A stretch of DNA of 64,000 nucleotides, taken from contig DASXUY010000022.1 of NCBI GenBank assembly GCA_036504535.1, positions 5,650-69,649 of the forward strand, read 5' to 3'. Below the pieces are notes generated by a model, which was not told the DNA's origin, did not search any database, and saw only the letters and a program-made list of their open reading frames with translations. Numbering within the stretch: the first letter of the stretch is position 1; each line of letters starts with the position of its first letter. Below, piece after piece: positions 1 through 10,472 of this stretch. Source of the stretch: Capsulimonadaceae bacterium. GTDB lineage: Bacteria; Armatimonadota; Armatimonadia; Armatimonadales; Capsulimonadaceae. Both the position numbers and the translations under genes were made by a program.

Positions 1-59
1 TCCAAGACGCATTCCCCGACAGAATCCATCTCGCTGGCTTTAAGGGCCTCGAGGTTGCG

Positions 60-2102
60 ATGGAAAGCCGCCGTTCGTCTCTCTCCATCATTTACCAACC
101 GACCATGAAGAAGTGGTTCGAGGTTCGCTACTATCCAACGCGGTCGGGCGTCACGGTTAACTTTCGCGATATAACCCACGCCAAGCAATCTGACGATGCC
201 GTGAAGCAACTTGCAGCGATAATCCGCTCAACTCCCGACGCGATTATCGCGAAGGCCATTGACGGCACGATTTTGAGTTGGAACCGAGGGGCCGAAAAAC
301 TGTATGGATACACCTCCGAAGAAGCCGTCAACAAACACGTGAGCCTCCTTGTGCCCGAAGGCTATGCGAACGACCTTGAGCAGATCATGGGGAGGCTTCG
401 GCACAACGAGACAATCGAGAACCATGAAACTCTGCGGCGACGCAAGGACGGAACTTTCGTCCATGTGTCTCTGACGATAGCCCCAATTGTCAACGAAAGC
501 GGCGAAGTTATCGGTGCGTCGACTATCGCCCGCGACATCTCTGACCGCATCGCCGCAGAGCAACAACTGCGTGAAAGCGCTCTGGCGCTTCAGCAAAGCG
601 AAGAGCGGTTGCGTTTTTCAGTGGTCGGCGCGGGTGTCGGCACATGGCACTACGATTTGCGAACGAGCGAACTCATGTGGTCGCAGAAAACGTATGAGCT
701 ATTCGGAATTCCGTTGGATCAACCCGTTACGCTCGACCTATTCTATTCAGCTATCCACCCTGACGACCGAAGCCGCACGACTGTGGCCGTCCAACGGGCT
801 ATTGAGTTGGGAACGCCACTCGAGGTCGAATTCTGTGCCGTGAGACCCGGAGGTAACACACTTTGGATATCGTCCAAAGGCAACGTGCACTATGATAAGG
901 ACGGCAATCCGATCACGTTCGAGGGGATTGTGCAAGACATTGACGCCCGCAAGAGAGCTGAATCGGCGCTGAGCGAAAACGAGGAGAGAATGCGGCTCGC
1001 GCTCTCTGCGGCTCACATGTATACGTGGTCGATTGAACTCACGGGCGATAGCCAAGCCCAGACGGATGATCCAGATACCATTCTTGCGCACCTTATGACC
1101 GCCGATCCGACCGCAGGACCTATAGGCTCGATACACGAGGCGTATCGGCGGGCAGTCATTGACATCCTTCGTGTAGCGGTGGAGCAGCGCTCAGAGTTCT
1201 CGACCGAATATCGCATTCTCGTCGGTCGCGATACGCGCTGGTATGCGTCTCGTGGTCAGGTGCAGACGAGCGGCGACGGCAAGACTGAGCGGATGATTGG
1301 CGTTGCGCTCGACATCACGGACCGCAAAGTCGCCGAGCAGGACTTGGCGGCGGCCCTGGAGCGGGAACACAACATAGCCGCTACACTTCAGCGGTCATTG
1401 CTGCAAATGCCCCCGTCTGACGCATTTCCCGGCATTGCCGTTACGACCATGTATGAGGCGGCGTCGACGGATATGGAAGTTGGCGGCGACTTTATGGACG
1501 CCTTCGCGCTGGAGGGTGGACGAGTGGCGCTTGTCGTAGGCGACGTGTCCGGCAAAGGGCTATCGGCAGCTGCGCGGACGGCGGAGATCAAATACACCCT
1601 GCGTGCCTACCTGCGCGAGTCGACGTCGCCGCAGCGGGCAATGGAACGCCTCAACGGCTTCCTTGCCGACGGACTCGCGCTTGAAAACACGCTGACTGCA
1701 GGCTTCGTCTGCCTGATGCTGGCAATATATGACCCCGCTACCGGGCAAACGGAATTTACCGTAGGCGGCTCTGAACCGCCACTGATCATCAAGCCCGATG
1801 GCACCGTTTACGAGGTCGACGCTCACGGCATGCCTCTGGGCGTGATGGTCGGGGCGGACTATGAGGCAGTCTCTGCTACGCTCGATAAAGGCGACATGAT
1901 CTTAATGGTCACCGACGGCATCACGGAGTCCCGCCGCAATGGGAACTTCTTCGGCATGGATGGCCTCAAGCGAATCGCGCAGCAAACATATTCTCTCGGC
2001 TCGCTTCGGCAAATGGCTACCACGTTTCTCGAAGCCGCTCGTTCCTTTGGCGGTGGAGTACTTACCGACGATGCCTGCCTGCTGCTCGCAAAGCGGCAGT
2101 GA
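60..2102 (+). CDS. PAS/PAC (x3) sensor fused to a PP2C/SpoIIE-type serine phosphatase (RsbU/RsbP-like). The reading frame is open back to nt 3, so the gene may be 5'-truncated by the window edge.
   Basis: Three PAS/PAC-like segments (e.g. ILSWNRGAEKLYGYTSEEA). The C-terminal half has PP2C/SpoIIE motifs GGDFMDAFAL...VALVVGDVSGKG and MVTDGITE. There is no stop codon between nt 3 and the ATG at 60. A paralog lies at 55377-56594. Confidence 0.8.
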   Translation: MESRRSSLSIIYQPTMKKWFEVRYYPTRSGVTVNFRDITHAKQSDDAVKQLAAIIRSTPDAIIAKAIDGTILSWNRGAEKLYGYTSEEAVNKHVSLLVPEGYANDLEQIMGRLRHNETIENHETLRRRKDGTFVHVSLTIAPIVNESGEVIGASTIARDISDRIAAEQQLRESALALQQSEERLRFSVVGAGVGTWHYDLRTSELMWSQKTYELFGIPLDQPVTLDLFYSAIHPDDRSRTTVAVQRAIELGTPLEVEFCAVRPGGNTLWISSKGNVHYDKDGNPITFEGIVQDIDARKRAESALSENEERMRLALSAAHMYTWSIELTGDSQAQTDDPDTILAHLMTADPTAGPIGSIHEAYRRAVIDILRVAVEQRSEFSTEYRILVGRDTRWYASRGQVQTSGDGKTERMIGVALDITDRKVAEQDLAAALEREHNIAATLQRSLLQMPPSDAFPGIAVTTMYEAASTDMEVGGDFMDAFALEGGRVALVVGDVSGKGLSAAARTAEIKYTLRAYLRESTSPQRAMERLNGFLADGLALENTLTAGFVCLMLAIYDPATGQTEFTVGGSEPPLIIKPDGTVYEVDAHGMPLGVMVGADYEAVSATLDKGDMILMVTDGITESRRNGNFFGMDGLKRIAQQTYSLGSLRQMATTFLEAARSFGGGVLTDDACLLLAKRQ

Positions 2103-2117
2103 TTAAGCCGTTTCGCG

Positions 2118-5100
2118 CTACTCCACGCCCGATATCGCGATCAGAATCGGAGTTGCCCCCGTATCCGACGAGACAAAGTCGATAGAGCTGATTGCCACGT
2201 CGCGCTTGATGTTCTGCCACTCCCACACCCGAAGGTATCGCCACGCGGGCTTGCCGTCGGCCGTCGATGTCACCCTCACCGGCACCAGCCGCGAGTCTTC
2301 GTTAGGCTGCGCGCCCACCCACCAGTTAGCGCAGTTGCGCGGTATCGATATCATCGCCGTGGCTGTATTTCCATCGGCATAGCGTATCAGGTACCGACCG
2401 ATCTCCCCGGGAGCATCCCACGAACACGATTGCAGGAAGTAAAGCACTCGCGCCTTGTGATTCACCGCAATACCCGTTACCCACTGTGGAAACGACGGCG
2501 TCGCTCCCTTGCCGCGCAGGGTGATCACCGCCGTTTCGTGGTTTGTGGCGGGGTCAACGATGTCAAACGGGACGCCAAAATACGATTGCTTCCCCACAGG
2601 CATGGTCGCAAGCGAGTTGAATGGTCCCTCGTCGCTCCATCCACCCTTGCGGTCACCTGCGGCGGCATCGTAGAAGCCCATGTTGGCGTAGCGCCGTAAA
2701 TCCACGGCGAAGAGCCCGCGCGGGTTTTCCATCGGTGCCGAGTAGTTGGCGCGGGCCGGACCGATATTCGGCGCATCGGATATGGCCGCCTTGCCTGGAA
2801 GCGCGACCGGAGTACGGAGCACGTCGATCGCCGCCGCCTTAAGCGCTTTGATCACATCGACAGCGTTGGCGGGGACGTGGAGATAGCTTGGCTCGTCAGT
2901 GACAATGGGCGCAGCGGTCACGGCGCGATCATTGCCCATGAAATCCACTGCCCGTAAATTCTTGCCTAGCCCTTTCGCGTTAATACGCACCTGACCGCCG
3001 TCCCCGACCCACCTAACGATTACTGACCCTTTCCCGGCTGGCTTTTGATAAACCACCGCCCAGAACCGCCCCTGCGGTCTGCGAACCATCCCGGCGCATC
3101 GGGCACCGTCCACTTGCGCGGCCATTGCGACCCGGGCGATCACCTGCGGCTTCTGCGCGTTCGTGATATCCGTGGTGCTGAGCGACTCATATGGCCCCGC
3201 ATCGCCAGCGCTCTGCAGGTACGAGAACGAGCGCACGTAACCGATCGCCTGTTGTAGCGCATCGAACTGCACCTGCCGCCGCGCGGCAGCAGCGGCGTTA
3301 CACGCTGGCCGGACGCTTTCCGGCAGAGCGGTCCATGCGTCCAGTCCGCGAAGCCAGCTGGTCGACGGCAATCCCGACTCCGTGTTCCAGATGGGCAGCG
3401 CCTTCCCGTGTCCGTACACAATAGGGAGGCGCTCAAAATGGTCGTATGTCGCCTTCATATTGGCGTATGCCTCTTCCGGGCTCTGCGACGCAGTGTAGTA
3501 AACGTGGCACGATACAGCATCGCCATACTTGAACGCTCCCGCCTTCGCAGCCTGCTCCTCCCAATTCCAAGCGCTAGTGTAGCCTGCGTGCATCACATTG
3601 CATGTCGGGTCGGCTGCCTTCGCGGCTTCATACGCCACCTTGATCATCTCGGCAAGCTGCTCGGGGCTGCCGTTCCAGAACATACTGACCTCTGGCTCGT
3701 TCCAAGTCTCCCAGTCGTGGATGGTTCCCTTGAATCGGTTGACCGTGCGCGTCACGTATTCGCGGAACGCATCCAGTTTTGGCGCCGAACCCGACGGGTA
3801 CGCGTTCACCTCGTCTTGGGGAATAGGGACACCGCCCGATGCTGCAGCCCAGTAAGGTGTTCCGAAGAACTGACCCAGGATGTTCATCTTCCGCTTCTTC
3901 AGGTTGTCGATTTGGAAATCGTGGTTGTAGTCCCAAGCTCCTTCGCGAGGTTCGGCACGAATGAACCATGTCGCCTGCAGCATGTTGTGACCGCGCTCCC
4001 AGCCCAGGCCCAGACGAGCTGCCGCGTCGAGCATATCCTGGCTCCAAGAGTTCACGTGGTAGCCAAAAAAAGAACCGGCGCTTGGTGCGCCGGTCGGCTG
4101 TGGCCAGGACGCCAAACTTGCAACATCGCGTTCCCACCGATCCGCGCCAACCTGCACACATGCAGCGACCTTGAACGCGCCACGCTCTGGTATACGGAAC
4201 GACACCGGCAAGGGACGCGATTCCCCGGGCGTGAGCGTAACAGCGATGCGCTGCTTCGCACGGACCGCATCGCGGACGTCAAGCAGCGAGAACTCGATCT
4301 CGCCAGTCCATGGGGCGATGCTTGCGTTCTTAATCGGCACCTTCGCTGTGAACGACTCGCTGGGCGCCACAATCGTGTCCTGTGCACGCATCGGTGCGAC
4401 CACGCTTACGATGATCGGCCACGGCTTCGCGAGCGACACTTTGACCTGTGCCGTCGACGAGAGCGCCTTAGCGGCCGCCTCGGGGTTATCGTGAAGCTGG
4501 GCGATCTCGGTGGCGGTCAGCGGACGCGTCCAGAATGCGACCTCATCATAGTCGCCAGGTGCGTTTTCGCGGCCGAGGGTGAACGTTACAGCGTCAACAA
4601 TGGGATCGGTGCGAATCAGGTCGGTCACATTTGACGCCACAACCTTGCCGTCCATATACATCGCCTTTGCGCCGGTCGAGCTGTCCCATGTGATCGCCAC
4701 ATGCCGCCACTCACCAGCCTTCCACGATTTCGCAACATTGTAATCGGCGTTGCCGTAGTCCCATTGATAGCCCACCTGTGGCTTGGATGTGCCCGTCATA
4801 AAGAACATCACGTTCTTGCTGGGCTGAATGCAAACCTGGAAGTTATCGGTACCCGCAAGCGTGCGAAACGAGTTCGTCGGATCGGAAACCGACCACGTCG
4901 GCTTCATCCAAAGTGAAATTGTCCCAGCTTTACGATCAAAGTTTGCTGCACCGGGGATGACAATCGCCTTGTCAGTCAATGCTGCCGCTTGACCGACAAC
5001 CCCCGCTTCGTATGTCATCGCTCCAGCCGTCACAGCCGTCGAGCCCGCAGCAACCTTTGGCGTCGTGGAACCGTCGAGCGGCAGGTATAAGCTCAGTCCG

Positions 5101-5204
5101 CTGCGTAAACCAGACAGGTCAGGAGCAGCGGGAACTGTGGAGCATGCCGCGAGCGAGACCGCAGCAAGAGCGGAGAGATGATACAAGGTCTTGAGGTTCA
5201 TCAT
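2118..5204 (-). CDS. Secreted glycoside hydrolase with a clan GH-A TIM-barrel, a LamG/concanavalin-like domain and a signal peptide.
   Basis: N-terminal signal peptide MMNLKTLYHLSALAAVSLAACS. LamG_3-like block (GTDNFQVCIQ...GEWRHVAITWDS...MYMDGKVV). Catalytic-acid motif WETWNEPE typical of GH-A families (GH5/GH39/GH30-like). Start confirmed as ATG-ATG at 5199-5204. Confidence 0.7.
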   Translation of the reverse strand: MMNLKTLYHLSALAAVSLAACSTVPAAPDLSGLRSGLSLYLPLDGSTTPKVAAGSTAVTAGAMTYEAGVVGQAAALTDKAIVIPGAANFDRKAGTISLWMKPTWSVSDPTNSFRTLAGTDNFQVCIQPSKNVMFFMTGTSKPQVGYQWDYGNADYNVAKSWKAGEWRHVAITWDSSTGAKAMYMDGKVVASNVTDLIRTDPIVDAVTFTLGRENAPGDYDEVAFWTRPLTATEIAQLHDNPEAAAKALSSTAQVKVSLAKPWPIIVSVVAPMRAQDTIVAPSESFTAKVPIKNASIAPWTGEIEFSLLDVRDAVRAKQRIAVTLTPGESRPLPVSFRIPERGAFKVAACVQVGADRWERDVASLASWPQPTGAPSAGSFFGYHVNSWSQDMLDAAARLGLGWERGHNMLQATWFIRAEPREGAWDYNHDFQIDNLKKRKMNILGQFFGTPYWAAASGGVPIPQDEVNAYPSGSAPKLDAFREYVTRTVNRFKGTIHDWETWNEPEVSMFWNGSPEQLAEMIKVAYEAAKAADPTCNVMHAGYTSAWNWEEQAAKAGAFKYGDAVSCHVYYTASQSPEEAYANMKATYDHFERLPIVYGHGKALPIWNTESGLPSTSWLRGLDAWTALPESVRPACNAAAAARRQVQFDALQQAIGYVRSFSYLQSAGDAGPYESLSTTDITNAQKPQVIARVAMAAQVDGARCAGMVRRPQGRFWAVVYQKPAGKGSVIVRWVGDGGQVRINAKGLGKNLRAVDFMGNDRAVTAAPIVTDEPSYLHVPANAVDVIKALKAAAIDVLRTPVALPGKAAISDAPNIGPARANYSAPMENPRGLFAVDLRRYANMGFYDAAAGDRKGGWSDEGPFNSLATMPVGKQSYFGVPFDIVDPATNHETAVITLRGKGATPSFPQWVTGIAVNHKARVLYFLQSCSWDAPGEIGRYLIRYADGNTATAMISIPRNCANWWVGAQPNEDSRLVPVRVTSTADGKPAWRYLRVWEWQNIKRDVAISSIDFVSSDTGATPILIAISGVE

Positions 5205-5283
5205 TGAGGTCTTTCACGTGATCGCGGACGCTGGCGGGCTAATCCGCTACGGTTCATCGTAATAGAGAGACACCGACGTCTCG

Positions 5284-6105
5284 TTAATGGTAGCCAAACG
5301 TTGCAGCAATAGTGGAGTCGGCGCAGCCGGAGTTAGCGGAGTTGCCGGGGTTGTTGCCGCTATAGACGCCGCAGTCGCCCGCAGTAGGGTTATCTTTGCC
5401 TGTCGTCACCGCATTGGGCTTTAGCCATTTGACGTGACCGTCGGCCAGCAGGAAGCAGGAGCCTCCTGAGTGTCGCCCGTCGACGCTCTGATACGTTTCG
5501 CAGGTCGAGCCGTGCCATGTCGAGTAGCGCATCCAGCCAGTCGCATAGAGCAGTGTCTGCCCCGAGCACGGCCATCCCGTTTGCCCCGCGCCATGTGGCT
5601 CATACGGGCCACCTGTGCCGTAGCCAGTAGGATCGTATTGCCCCATGTCAGTCGCCGGGTCGTATCCGCCGGCAATGTTGTTACCGGTGACTTCGAAGTA
5701 AATCACGGACTTCGCTGTCGATCCGAACATTGACAATTGTACGCCGGGGCTCACGCTCATGCCAGTGACGAAGCTGTTGAGGTTGCCGTTGTAGCCATAC
5801 GAACAGGACTTACCCGAAATGCTCACATCATCGGGGCAGTGGTATGTGTGGACTGACTTAACGTATGGGTTAATATCGGCCGCCCAGTGCTGACCGGCCG
5901 TGTACTGTCCCATGAAGAGCGTCTCATCGTAGTCCTGCGCATACTGAAGCGTGGCAAGCCCCATCTGCTTGAGGTTGGACGAGCACGACGTTTGCCGTGC
6001 CTTTTCACGAGCAGTCGCGAACACAGGGAAAAGTACAGCTGCGAGTATCGCAATAATAGCTATAACGACTAAAAGCTCAATAAGGGTAAATCCTGAACGC
6101 TTCAT
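5284..6105 (-). CDS. Prepilin-type N-terminal cleavage/methylation domain protein with a DUF1559 (H-X9-DG) C-terminal domain.
   Basis: Internal start [38 protein letters not shown] (ATG at 6103-6105). The C-terminus carries [11 protein letters not shown]. The longer ORF reaching 6195 has a non-homologous N-terminal extension. Confidence 0.8.
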   Translation of the reverse strand: MKRSGFTLIELLVVIAIIAILAAVLFPVFATAREKARQTSCSSNLKQMGLATLQYAQDYDETLFMGQYTAGQHWAADINPYVKSVHTYHCPDDVSISGKSCSYGYNGNLNSFVTGMSVSPGVQLSMFGSTAKSVIYFEVTGNNIAGGYDPATDMGQYDPTGYGTGGPYEPHGAGQTGWPCSGQTLLYATGWMRYSTWHGSTCETYQSVDGRHSGGSCFLLADGHVKWLKPNAVTTGKDNPTAGDCGVYSGNNPGNSANSGCADSTIAATFGYH

Positions 6106-6234
6106 AGGAGAAACCGCATCCTTTCGGTCACCATGCTGATTCCACGGTGCCAGGGGCGACGACAAACAACGATGAACCCATGATAGCACGAGCAATTAAC
6201 CTTGTCAAGGACTTCAATGACATTTTTTTTGACG

Positions 6235-6263
6235 TTGACATCCATGATTGTCCGTGCTATCAT
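6235..6263 (+). promoter_or_regulatory. Sigma70-like promoter (TTGACA-17 nt-TATCAT) upstream of the lacI-family gene at 6306.
   Basis: TTGACA at 6235-6240, a 17-nt spacer, TATCAT at 6258-6263, about 42 nt upstream of the ATG. An 11-bp palindrome CCTTGTCAAGG lies at 6200-6210. Confidence 0.4.
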
Positions 6264-6305
6264 CACATATCCGGTTCTTGACTGACCGCGAGGGATGGGG
6301 CGACC

Positions 6306-7316
6306 ATGACAATCACGATGAAAGATATTGCGCGGCGGGCGGGAGTCTCGCGGCAGGCGGTCTCAGCGGCCCTTGGCAGCTCCAAAACGTCAATTCGCGT
6401 AAGCGACGAGACTAAGTGGCGCGTCGAGCAGGTTGCTAGCGAACTCGGCTATCGCCCCAATAGCGCCGCGCGCACCATGGTGACCGGCAAGTTCGGCTGT
6501 GTCGCTATGCTCCTTACGCCGACGGCGGACCTAAGCACAATATCGTGGCCGTTCCTGTGGGGAATCCACGATGCCCTCGAAGCCCGTAATCTGCATCTGC
6601 TCCAAGCAATGTTGCCAAAACACGACCCGAAGCGCATCGATTCCATGCCCAAGTTCCTGCGCGAGTGGATGATCGACGGTGTTCTCGTCAACTACATGGC
6701 AGCCATCCCCCCGGCCCTGGAAGCTGCCCTCGACAACCCGTCGCAGCCAGCAGTATGGATGAACGTGAATCGTGAGTTCGATGCGGTGCGGCCCAACGAT
6801 TACGAAGCGTCTCGCGAGTTAACCCAACGCCTCATTGGCCACGGCCACACGAGAATTACGTTTGCGATGCATGGGACTACCCACTACAGCAAACACGACC
6901 GAATCGCTGGCTACACTGATGCTATGCGTGCCGCTGGGCTGCAGCCTAGCGTCGCCGAGAAGCTAGTGGGCACGCGAGGTTGGGTTGAAGTCGGTCGCGA
7001 ATGGTTCAGCAGCATCGAGAGGCCGACAGGCGTGATCGCGTACGATCAGTTCACCGCTAGCCCGCTCTTGTTCGCCGCGAAGATGGAGGGGCTCGATGTG
7101 CCCGGCGACCTTACGCTGGCGACATTTCGAGGCGAGTCGCGCGAAGACGACGCTGCTGGCGTAATCATCAGCTCCATGCTCGTCCCCTGGTACCAAATGG
7201 GCTCCGCGTCGGTTGGCATGCTTGTCGACAAGATCGACCACCCAGAAGCGCAGTATCCCGTCCGCCTGATACCCTTCACCTTCGACCCTGGTGAAACCGT
7301 GGGACCGCCTCGATAA
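6306..7316 (+). CDS. LacI-family transcriptional regulator.
   Basis: N-terminal helix-turn-helix MKDIARRAGVSRQAVSAAL...SDETKWRVEQVASELGYRPNSAAR, followed by a periplasmic-binding-protein-like sugar-binding core. Confidence 0.85.
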   Translation: MTITMKDIARRAGVSRQAVSAALGSSKTSIRVSDETKWRVEQVASELGYRPNSAARTMVTGKFGCVAMLLTPTADLSTISWPFLWGIHDALEARNLHLLQAMLPKHDPKRIDSMPKFLREWMIDGVLVNYMAAIPPALEAALDNPSQPAVWMNVNREFDAVRPNDYEASRELTQRLIGHGHTRITFAMHGTTHYSKHDRIAGYTDAMRAAGLQPSVAEKLVGTRGWVEVGREWFSSIERPTGVIAYDQFTASPLLFAAKMEGLDVPGDLTLATFRGESREDDAAGVIISSMLVPWYQMGSASVGMLVDKIDHPEAQYPVRLIPFTFDPGETVGPPR

Positions 7317-7429
7317 GCCAGATATGGCACCATTTGTAACAATGCTCACTACGTCATCGCTTTTTATCTCTGCCGTGGTAACATCTCGATCTAGTTGATC
7401 GTTTGTGCTTGAAATCACGGAGAAAAATC

Positions 7430-10360
7430 ATGACGCGCGCCATTGCAAGCTGCCTTTCGGCTTTCGTCGCTGCCGTCGTCTTCACGGCCTTTGCGGCGCG
7501 TGCGGATGAGCCTCCTACCGCGCCGATCCTTCGGGTAGAAACTGGTACGCACCTGGGCAATATTGGGCAGATCGCCACCGATTCCGCCGGTCGATACCTC
7601 GCATCCGCCTCCTTCGACAAAACTCTCCGAGTGTGGGATCTGGCGACAGGCCAACTTGAAACAACGATTCGCCCGCCGTGCGGTGATTCCTACGAAGGAG
7701 CCGTATACGCCGTCGCAATGTCCCCGGATGGCAATGTGGTCGCGTCCGGAGGCAATACCGGATACAGTTGGGATGTTCAATACTGCGTCTACCTGTTCGA
7801 TCGCCGCACAGGTGAGATGAAGCGCCGTTTGACTGAACTGCCCAGCACGATTGATCGCATGGCGTGGTCGTCCGATGGGCTCTACCTGGCTGTTGCCTGC
7901 TCCTCTGGAGAGGTGCGCGTTTACAAAACCACGAACTGGAAAGTCGCTGGCGCGGATACGAAATGCATTGCGCAGCGCTGGGGAATCTCATTTTCGAATA
8001 CTGCGCCGGATAGTTCCGAGCGCCTCGTCACTACCGCATTTGACGGTTCCATTACGACGTACTCGCTGACCGCCAGCGGCCTCAGCCAACTTGCACGCGT
8101 TGCTGCGCCCGGCGGCAAACAGCCTTATAGCTGCGCCTACTCCCCAGACGGCACGCGCATAGCCATCACCTACAACGATTCGATCCGAGTAGACGTACTG
8201 TCCGCCAAAGATCTATCTCGCCTCTATTCGCCGTCGGTAGAGGGCTTAACGCCTAACTGGAACCTCGCTACCACCTGGTCGCGGGACGGAAGCACTCTGC
8301 TGGCCGGTGGCGCTGGGTATTCTAGCCTGTCCCCCCAGTCTACCCTTGTGCGGAGTTGGCAGCACGGCGGCCAGGGCGCCTATTCGGACACTCCCATAGC
8401 ACCGAACACAATTACCAGCCTTTTGACGCTACCGTCCGGTGGGTACGTCGCCGCAAGCGCCGACCCGACTATCACCGTGTTTGATTCCGCTGGTCGGAAA
8501 ACGGTCGCCATTTCGCCATCAATCGCGAACCTTCACGGCAGTTTTGACAACTTCACAACGTCTGCCGACGGCACCGACACTTCCTTTTCATTCAAGGGCT
8601 ATGGTATTGAACCAGCAACGTTCTCGTTAGCGTCCCGCCAAATGCAGCAGGGCAGTTCAAACGCCAAATTCGTCAAGCCGATCACCTACGCGCCAGGTGT
8701 GGATATCAAAAATTGGCAAAATATGCGAACGCCATCGGTGAATGGCGTAGCGCTAACGCTGCAAAGCAACGAGTTCGCACGGTCGGTTGCCATAGCTCCC
8801 GCCCGCACACGATTTCTGCTAGGCGCGGAATGGACCCTTTATTGCTTCGCTCCAAACGGCGCGAAGCTGTGGTCAAACGCGCTTCCCGCCGATGCGTCGG
8901 CCGTGAACGTGTCCGCGGACGGTCGCGTTGGAATTGTCGCGTGTGATGATGGGACTATCCGCTGGTACCGCATGATCGACGGGCAAGGATTGCTGACATT
9001 CTTTCCCCACGCCGACCAAAAGCGCTGGGTCGCCTGGACTCCATCTGGTTATTACGATTGTTCCCCCGGCGGAGAAGACCTGATAGGCTGGCAAGTAAAT
9101 CGCGGAAAGGATCACTCCGCAGACTTCTTTCCTGCGTCACGATTCAGGGATCAGTTCTACCGCCCCGATGTGATAGCCAAAGCTATCACAGCACTCGATG
9201 AGAAAGTCGCCGTCAGTCAGGCCGATGCAGAAGCTGGCCGCAAAACAGTCGTCGCCGATATTGCGACGAAACTACCGCCCGTCGTAACAATCCTGTCGCC
9301 GACCGGCAGTGATCCGATCTCATCCGACACCGTTACCGTCCGCTACTCGGTGCGTACGCCATCAGGCGAGCCCGCGACCACGGTACGCGTGCTGGTCAAT
9401 GGCCGCCCCGCTGTAGCCGCCAAGCGCATTCAACTCGTTTCCGCCGACGGCCAAACTGACACTGCCACGGTGACCGTGCCGCACGCCGACTGCACGATAA
9501 GCGTGATTGCCGAGAACAGGTTCGCGTCGTCGGAGGCGGCAACCGTATCGCTGAAGTGGTCAGCGGGTACGGGCAACGCGAATGCTCCCACCGCCCTTAC
9601 GCCGGATGCGCTCAAACCCAAGCTATATATTCTCGCCGTCGGTGTCGCCGCATATAAGGACAAAGATCTGACGCTCACCTACCCAGGGAAAGACGCTGCT
9701 GATTTTGCGGCCAAGATGGTCTCGCAAAAGGGGTTGCTATATGGCGCGGTGACCGTCAAGGCGCTCACCGACGCTGGCGCTGACAAGGCCAGCATCGAGG
9801 ATGGCTTACAGTGGATACAGCAGGAAACCACCAGCCGAGACGTCGCCATGGTCTTTCTCTCCGGCCACGGAGCTCTCGACCCGAACGGCAACTATCTCTT
9901 CGTGCCCTACGATTTCGACCGCGCGCGCTACAAGAGCACTGGCATCCCGTTCTCGGACTTCACGAACACGCTCCAGGCAATCGCGGGCAAGGCGATCTTC
10001 TTCTTCGACTCGTGTCATTCCGGCAACGTTTCCGGTCGCGCTCACAAGGGCATCGCCCCCGACGTCACCCGCATCGTCAACGACCTCTCCAGCGCGGAGA
10101 ACGGCACCGTCGTGTTCTCATCGTCAACGGGTAGCGAGTCGTCGTACGAGGACCCGGTATGGGGGAATGGCGCATTCACAAAGGCGCTGCTTGAGGGCCT
10201 GAACGGCAAAGCCGACGCGTTCGGTAAAGGCAAGATCACAATTGCGACGCTCGACGCGTGGATCGCCGAGCGCGTGAAGGACCTGACCAACGGTACCCAG
10301 CACCCAACGACCCAAAAGCCCCCCAGCGTCCCAGACTTCCCGCTCGCCATCGTGCACTAG
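7430..10360 (+). CDS. Secreted WD40 beta-propeller protein fused to a C-terminal caspase-like (peptidase C14) domain.
   Basis: Signal peptide MTRAIASCLSAFVAAVVFTAFAARA. WD repeats (SFDKTLRVWDLATGQ etc.). C-terminal caspase His/Cys dyad context: AMVFLSGHGALDPNGNYLFVPYDFD and IFFFDSCHSGNVSG. GGAG ribosome-binding site 7 nt before the ATG at 7430. Confidence 0.8.
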   Translation: MTRAIASCLSAFVAAVVFTAFAARADEPPTAPILRVETGTHLGNIGQIATDSAGRYLASASFDKTLRVWDLATGQLETTIRPPCGDSYEGAVYAVAMSPDGNVVASGGNTGYSWDVQYCVYLFDRRTGEMKRRLTELPSTIDRMAWSSDGLYLAVACSSGEVRVYKTTNWKVAGADTKCIAQRWGISFSNTAPDSSERLVTTAFDGSITTYSLTASGLSQLARVAAPGGKQPYSCAYSPDGTRIAITYNDSIRVDVLSAKDLSRLYSPSVEGLTPNWNLATTWSRDGSTLLAGGAGYSSLSPQSTLVRSWQHGGQGAYSDTPIAPNTITSLLTLPSGGYVAASADPTITVFDSAGRKTVAISPSIANLHGSFDNFTTSADGTDTSFSFKGYGIEPATFSLASRQMQQGSSNAKFVKPITYAPGVDIKNWQNMRTPSVNGVALTLQSNEFARSVAIAPARTRFLLGAEWTLYCFAPNGAKLWSNALPADASAVNVSADGRVGIVACDDGTIRWYRMIDGQGLLTFFPHADQKRWVAWTPSGYYDCSPGGEDLIGWQVNRGKDHSADFFPASRFRDQFYRPDVIAKAITALDEKVAVSQADAEAGRKTVVADIATKLPPVVTILSPTGSDPISSDTVTVRYSVRTPSGEPATTVRVLVNGRPAVAAKRIQLVSADGQTDTATVTVPHADCTISVIAENRFASSEAATVSLKWSAGTGNANAPTALTPDALKPKLYILAVGVAAYKDKDLTLTYPGKDAADFAAKMVSQKGLLYGAVTVKALTDAGADKASIEDGLQWIQQETTSRDVAMVFLSGHGALDPNGNYLFVPYDFDRARYKSTGIPFSDFTNTLQAIAGKAIFFFDSCHSGNVSGRAHKGIAPDVTRIVNDLSSAENGTVVFSSSTGSESSYEDPVWGNGAFTKALLEGLNGKADAFGKGKITIATLDAWIAERVKDLTNGTQHPTTQKPPSVPDFPLAIVH

Positions 10361-10429
10361 GGCGATGGCATTTGCGCGATCCTGACGTCTCACAAAACTC
10401 GGCAGGGCCGGGTTGAATAAGCTGCGCTT

Positions 10430-10438
10430 TGGTATAAT
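10430..10438 (+). promoter_or_regulatory. Extended -10 promoter (TGgTATAAT) for the minigene at 10473.
   Basis: tttGgTATAATgg, with a perfect TATAAT at 10433-10438 and TG at 10430-10431. A GGAGGG ribosome-binding site lies at 10464-10469 and the ATG at 10473. Confidence 0.5.
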
Positions 10439-10472
10439 GGAGATGAGGGCGAGGGCTACAAACGGAGGGCGT

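Noticed and set aside
3408-4634. A 408-aa plus-strand ORF inside the 2118-5204 glycoside hydrolase gene.
   Set aside because: It is antisense to a domain-supported gene. It is Arg/Cys-rich, GC-skewed shadow-frame sequence typical of high-GC genomes.
10413-10472. An N-terminal 20-codon extension of the DUF104-like minigene starting at 10413.
   Set aside because: It would read through its own extended -10 promoter and ribosome-binding site. Homology starts at the ATG at 10473.
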